From: Schmidtea polychroa
Taxonomy: Eukaryota
Length of the DNA: 64,000 bases
Assembly (NCBI GenBank): GCA_044892525.1
Contig: CM097885.1
Coordinates: 36,644,001 to 36,708,000 of the forward strand
Direction: 5' to 3'
How positions within the stretch are numbered: the stretch's first letter is position 1; every line of letters starts with the position of its first letter. The position numbers and the translations under genes are program-made. Under the pieces are notes generated by a model. It made no database searches. It was not told the DNA's origin and saw nothing but the letters and a program-made list of their open reading frames with translations. Below are positions 57,446 through 64,000 of the stretch, piece after piece.

Positions 57446-59010
57446 AATTTAGTAATGTTCTTCCCCAAAATACCTTTCAATCTTTCTTTTATTTCCTTTC
57501 TCTTAATTCTCATTGGTTGTAAATATAATGAATTATTTTACTAAAAACTTTAAAAATTTTTACATTTAAAATTTCAAAATGACACAATCTAAAAATTTTT
57601 AAATTTTTTACAGCTTCTATAATTAGCTTTTAGAAGCCTAATAGAATATTTGAAAATATTTTAAATAAAGCCTCCAATAACTACTTATATATGATATTTA
57701 AATATTTCAATAAATTTGTCAATTTTGATTTTCAAATCCTATTTTTTAAAATTATTTTTCTATATTATTCTAATTATTACTTTTTAATTTATTCTATTTT
57801 TTTTAATTTCTTTATATATTGTCAGTTATTCTCAGGGTCAATGACAACAGATCAAATTCATGATTTCATTGATTTCTTCTTTAGTGTTGATCTTTGGCTG
57901 TCTGTTTATGATGAGAATTGCTTCTTTGATTCTGACATTTTTCTTTTGGATGTTTCCATTAGCTATGATTTCTATTGAAATATTTTTTCTTTCCTCTGTT
58001 GGCTGACACTGCCGGAGATGTCTGCCCAACGAGGATGTTCCACCAGGATCTAGATGTTCTTTAACTCTTTGGTGCAATGTCCTGAGGGTACTTCCAATGT
58101 AGATTTCATTGCATACATTGCACGTGATGCAATAGACGATGTTTTTTCTAAAGCACATATCTTTCGGTGTCTGGCAGTTTTTCATTGTGCAATTGTTTTC
58201 TCTATTTATGTTGCCTGCCAGAGCCCTTCTCAATGTCCAAGATTTATGTGCTATCCGAATTGGGAGACCGGTACGTTTAAGTTCTTTCAGGATCTTGAAG
58301 TCGAGTATGTCACTGATGAATGGGATATTCAGATAGAAATATTTCTGATTCTTTTGTGTTAATTCCCTAGATTTTCTTGGGGTAGAATGTCCTCACCTTG
58401 GTATCCGTTTCGGTGTAGGATTTTATTGAAATTTGATTGCTCTTTAAAGTTTTCGTTTTTCTCCGTGCATCGATTGGCTATTCTTCGTTTCTCGTTTCTT
58501 ATGACATGTACTTTCTGTAAGTATGGAAGCGCTGATCTTCTCATCATAAACAGACAGCCAAAGATCAACACTAAAGAAGAAATCAATGAAATCATGAATT
58601 TGATCTGTTGTCATTGACCCTGAGAATAACTGACAATATATAAAGAAATTTAAAAAAATAGAATAAATTAAAAAGTAATAATTAGAATAATATAGAAAAT
58701 TAATTTTAAAAAATAGGATTTGAAAATCAAAATTGACAAATTTATTGAAATATTTAAATAGCATATATAAGTAGTTATTGGAGGCTTTATTTAAAATATT
58801 TTCAAATATTCTATTAGGCTTCTAAAAGCTAATTATAGAAGCTGTAAAAAATTTAAAAATTTTTAGATTGTGTCATTTTGAAATTTTAAATGTAAAAATT
58901 TTTTTAAGTTTTTAGTAAAACAATTCATTATATTTACAACCAATGAGAATTAAGAGAAAGGAAATAAAAGAAAGATTGAAAGGTATTTTGGGGAAGAACA
59001 TTGCTAAATT

Positions 59011-59055
59011 CCAGGAGATTGACAAGGACTATCTTATAGTCGAAAATTCTTTCAT
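59011..59055 (+). ncRNA. hammerhead-like motif with U3-A8 core variant (right arm)
   Basis: aggaga-TTGACAA-g-gactat ctt atagtc-GAAA-a-TTC-tttcat. Confidence 0.55.
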
Positions 59056-59134
59056 TAAATACATTATTTACAGCAAAAGGCTTAAATTATCATTTTATTG
59101 TTTTAAATAATAAATGCTGCTACCAAGCAGTCAT

Positions 59135-59216
<82 letters not shown>

Positions 59217-60832
59217 TATTATAATTATAATTATAATTATAATTATAAAAATGATACTTTAAATTTTGCATAATCTTCTTAAATATTTACCTCATTATTA
59301 TTTTGTTTAATATTTGACACAAATTGTATTCATAGCTTCTGTCAGAGATTCAATAATTTTTATTTCAAATTTTTATGTTTTATTTTTATATAATATATAA
59401 TTGAAATATTACATATCTTTATATCGGTAACTTTAATTAAAATTCAACAACGGAACTTATATTTATATTTTTAAATTAATCTTATTAGATATACAACCTT
59501 TGATATTTAATAACAAAAACAAGTAATTACAAAAATTAAATATTAATGACATATAAATTTTCATACTATTGTTATGAAAAATCAACATAATTATGTGTTG
59601 ATATCTATTATTTGTGTTTCAATAATTAAGATCCAATAGTGAAAAATCCGTAATTTATCTTAATTATTTTCAAATAAATAACTAGGCATCTCAAATCACA
59701 TCTTATTAAACAGAGTTTAAAAAATGTAAACATGTAAACATGTAAAAAATTGATTTTTCGTAAACAGATAACAATTTAGAGAATATCCTATATGACAACC
59801 CAAATTATTTTGTTTGTCATTGTCAAAGCGTATGAACCTTTATAAAATAAAACAAATAATAGAGTAATTTCTTTTTAAAAAATGTATTTTTAATCTAATT
59901 AGTTAATTTTTCTTTTAATTTACTGGAAAAATAATATTTTTATGAATGTTCATACCATAATATTATGTAAATAATATTGAGATAATGTTGCGATATCTGA
60001 TATACAAAACCTTTTAAGTCTCCTTTCATTGCACACAATTAAATTAAATTTTAATGAAAATAAACTATTAGCCATTTAAACATAAACATAAATGATAATT
60101 GTAGTTTAATACTTGTAAACAATCCAAAATAAAAATGAGAATTTTAAAAATAAGCCCAAGAATGAAAGGTATTTGAGTAACTGAAGTTGTATATTGAATA
60201 AACATAACATTTATATTTTATATGAATAAAACAAAAACAATATATTTTATTGGGGTGATATTAGTTGTGCTTTAAAATATATTTATTTTGGAAACTTAAT
60301 ATTCTTAGTTGTTCTCTAAAAGAATTTAAAAAATCACATAATTATTTTATTAGAGCTATGATGAGCTTTGATTTTAATTAGATGAGATCCTAAAGTAGAT
60401 GATCGAAAGCTCATATAAATTAGATAGAATCTTAAAATTATTAATAATAATCCTAAATTAAATTTAAATAACAATTCTATAAATTTTACATCTCATTTAA
60501 TATATTTTATATCTCACTTTTATTTAAATAATAGCACAGGTAATATTAGAGCACATTTAATAGGCACCCCATTTTATTTATTATTTAATTATCATAAATT
60601 GATGAAATTATCCAATTTGAGAAATGAAATTATGTAATTATTAGTAATTCATAACTTTTACAGTCTCTCGTATGATCAATATTGTCATATTTATTTCTAT
60701 GTTATTCATTATTTTTTTTGAAAGTACGCTAATTTTTACCAAATATTGATAAAACTTTCCTTGATAAAATACAAATTAGAAAAACTATATTTATTTAATT
60801 TTAAAATACACAAAAATATTTCCTCCTTTTTC

Positions 60833-60938
<106 letters not shown>

Positions 60939-62275
60939 CATCGGCATTAATATTATTATTGTGAAGAATTCTTTTATATTTATCCAATTATATATTTACT
61001 TTAGACAATTATTCGTTTATTGGGTTTTCACTAGTATTCAAGCGACAATAAATAGAAATAAATAATTGTTTTTCTATGAATTGTTATGAAATATTAATTA
61101 TCGTCTATTGTTTTCTTTTGCTATTTTTTTTTACCATTGAAGTATTTAAAGTATAATAATTAAAAATATATTGATATAATTTGCGATAATAAGTAATGTC
61201 TTATTAAAATGAAGTTGAATGAAACATTTTGATAATTAAATGATTTTCATATTAATGTTTGTAAAACTATCGGTGAAAACAATATATAAGATATACGATA
61301 TTTAGGCACAACCATTATCAAATGTGTATTTTTCGGGTTTAAGTAATATTAAATGCAATTTCAAGTGGCAATTAGAAATTGGTATTTAGAAATCGCATTG
61401 AAAAATTTATTTTGATAAAAATACCATAAAACCTTAGGCTAATGTTTACGATTATGACATCATAATATTTAAAAAACAAATAAATGTACAAAAATATTAA
61501 AATTTTTTTCATGAATTGTCTCTCTTTGTCAATAATCGAAAATTTATCGTTTTTTCATTTATAACTCCTCACATTTATTAAAACACTTCTTATTTGATTG
61601 TGTCATTTCATTGTTTTGGAGCTTAATATAATAACTCTACATGATTTTCAAACAATGCATAAAATAAACTGAAATAAATGAAAATAAATGAAATTTCGTA
61701 CAAATTTATTTTGTCAGAAAAAACTTTATAATGTAAAATATTGTAAATAAGGTTAAAAAACCATTCACTGTAAAAATTTGCAATTTGGATATAAGAGACT
61801 GGAAACGAAATAATTTATTAAGATGTTTTGAGTGTTTCATAAGAATATGCGCATGTTATATTAATTGGTCAGCAAAATAAATACATTTATAAATACTCAA
61901 ATTTTTACAATAAGATGTTTAATCCTACAAAATGTCATTTAAGCAAAACAGAAATGTGTAATTAAATTTCCAAAAAGTGTTCTCGAATTATGGTGATACC
62001 AAGAATGAATGTTTTTTTTCTAAATAAATATAATTAAATAAAGTTATGTACCAATACCAATAAATCTTATTTTTATTATTCTTTTAAATAATAAATTATT
62101 ATAAATGATGTGTCTGATATCGATATAATTAGTCTGTTGCTGAAGTCAATGATGCATTTACTAAACCAACTATTATTTATTATTATTATATTATTATTTA
62201 TATTCTTATTTAAATTCTTACATATATAGAAGTTTAGTAGAATATGGAAATTACATGAAATCTTTTATTATTATA

Positions 62276-62328
<53 letters not shown>

Positions 62329-62560
62329 CATTATTATTATATTAATAATGAGAATATTAGAAAACCACACTTAAACATCACTTATACTATGTCACAACAG
62401 GTCCACTGTTATATTTAAGTAAATAGAAATAAAATTACAAATTTTCAAAATTGCAAAAAATTTTAAAAAATATTTTCCAAATAATAACTTTTATTTTAAA
62501 TCACTCAAAATACTTTTAAATCAAAACTAAAATAATATGTAGTAATAATTGTTTAGATTT

Positions 62561-62772
62561 TGAACAATTAAATGATAATTTAGGTCTTTTACTGTGAAAA
62601 AGATTTTAATACAAATGAAAAAACCTTCGACTATAAGATAGCCCTAGTATTACCCCTTGGAAATCGAAACTTCTTTCATGTGTATTAAATATGTTATTCG
62701 CAGGAAAAGGCTTAAACTATTATTTAATTGTTTAAAATTTAATTAATGCTGCTGCCAAGCAATCATCACTTT
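62561..62772. mobile_element. old fold-back copy of PLE family B 3' end
   Basis: left arm contains TTCGACTATAAGATAG; right arm ends ATGCTGCTGCCAAGCAATCATCACTTT. Confidence 0.7.
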
Positions 62773-64000
62773 ATAATTGTTTACATTCTTAAATAAATTT
62801 ATTTTACATTCATATTATTTTACACATAAGTTTTTCATGTACCATTTTAAATACGACAATACAAAAACAAAAATAGCATCTTTACATACGCAATACTCTC
62901 TAATTATGAAGATTCAAATGACATTCAAATTTATAAATAAGATTCAAATACAATGTTAGCAGAATTTGAAATTCAGCAATGAACAAAACAAGTACAAAAA
63001 CAAGATTCAGAGACTATCTTAAAAATAGAATATACAACCGTTTACTCAGCATCTTTGTACCAATCATACACCACTCCAAATGGGACAATACAAACACAAA
63101 CACATAATTTTGTTCACTAGTATTAAATTAATTCCTTAAAAATTAAAAACACTTATACAGATGAGACTTATACTTGACGATTTACGGTAAATGCTTCTTG
63201 CTATAGAAATTATTATAATTTCAATCTTCAAATGGTCTTCACTGTAACTACTTTTACCGATTATCTTTATTTTACTCGATAAATATTCGGACGATATTAT
63301 GTGATAGAGTAATTCCTAAATGTATGAACAATTAGAATGTATCTTAATTACTCAAATTGTTTTTACACCTGAATTATAAAATATCATAAAACCTAAAATA
63401 AATTCAGTAAATTGAGAAGTTTTGCATGCAGATTTAAACAAAAGTAACCAAACAATTAAGTTGAGTTTTTGAAATAAAGCTAATGGATTCTGGTAGATTA
63501 GTGAAAGAGGATAGTCATACATATTAGATATTAATTTTATGCGTTACTGGTTTCTTCATAAAGAATTGTGGAAAGTCGACGAAAGAAAGGATTCATTTCA
63601 TATTGTTAATCACAAAATCATATTACAAATTTCTTTTGGTCGAATAATTTTTTTACTTCTTCATCAGAGTCGGATGAATCAAACATTGACTAAGTAAGGA
63701 ATCTCTTTTATATGAATATGTAATAATGACATCATATAATAATATTATATAAATACTATTTATTTCAATTAAATATTACTTCTTGTAGTAAATGAAAACA
63801 TTTAAAGTAATTGGAGTAATATAAAAAGTACATCATAAAATAAATTAAGTTTATTCATATCATAATATTTCATTATTATTTATAATTAAAACAAATTAAA
63901 ATAGGTTTTCTTGATTTAGAATAAAGGATCAGTTCTCCAATTATATGGAAAAAGTGGTGACTATTTGATTTTAGAAATTGTAAATGGATACTTGAATTTG

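Overview
Very AT-rich eukaryotic genomic DNA, rich in (AAT)n and (TA)n; a planarian/flatworm-like animal is my inference only. The window lies inside one large + strand alpha-neurexin gene. Seven exons (2678-47366) splice in frame and encode LNS2, LNS3, EGF2, LNS4 and the start of LNS5; both gene ends lie outside the window or are not recognisable. The introns hold Penelope-like element (PLE, GIY-YIG) fragments, hAT, pogo and mariner MITEs with target-site duplications (TSDs), Gypsy remnants, and a chimeric, intronless, internally deleted copy of proteasome subunit PSMA6. The most notable items: (1) a PLE family found as asymmetric fold-back insertions, mostly beside (AAT)n, whose 3' end carries a hammerhead-like motif with a U3-A8 core swap overlapped by a 55-aa basic ORF; (2) several minimal hammerheads in sense to the neurexin pre-mRNA; (3) a candidate alternative exon in LNS4; (4) a plant-type mariner remnant with a Stowaway-like MITE. 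All family assignments come from manual translation and remembered consensus sequences, not database searches.
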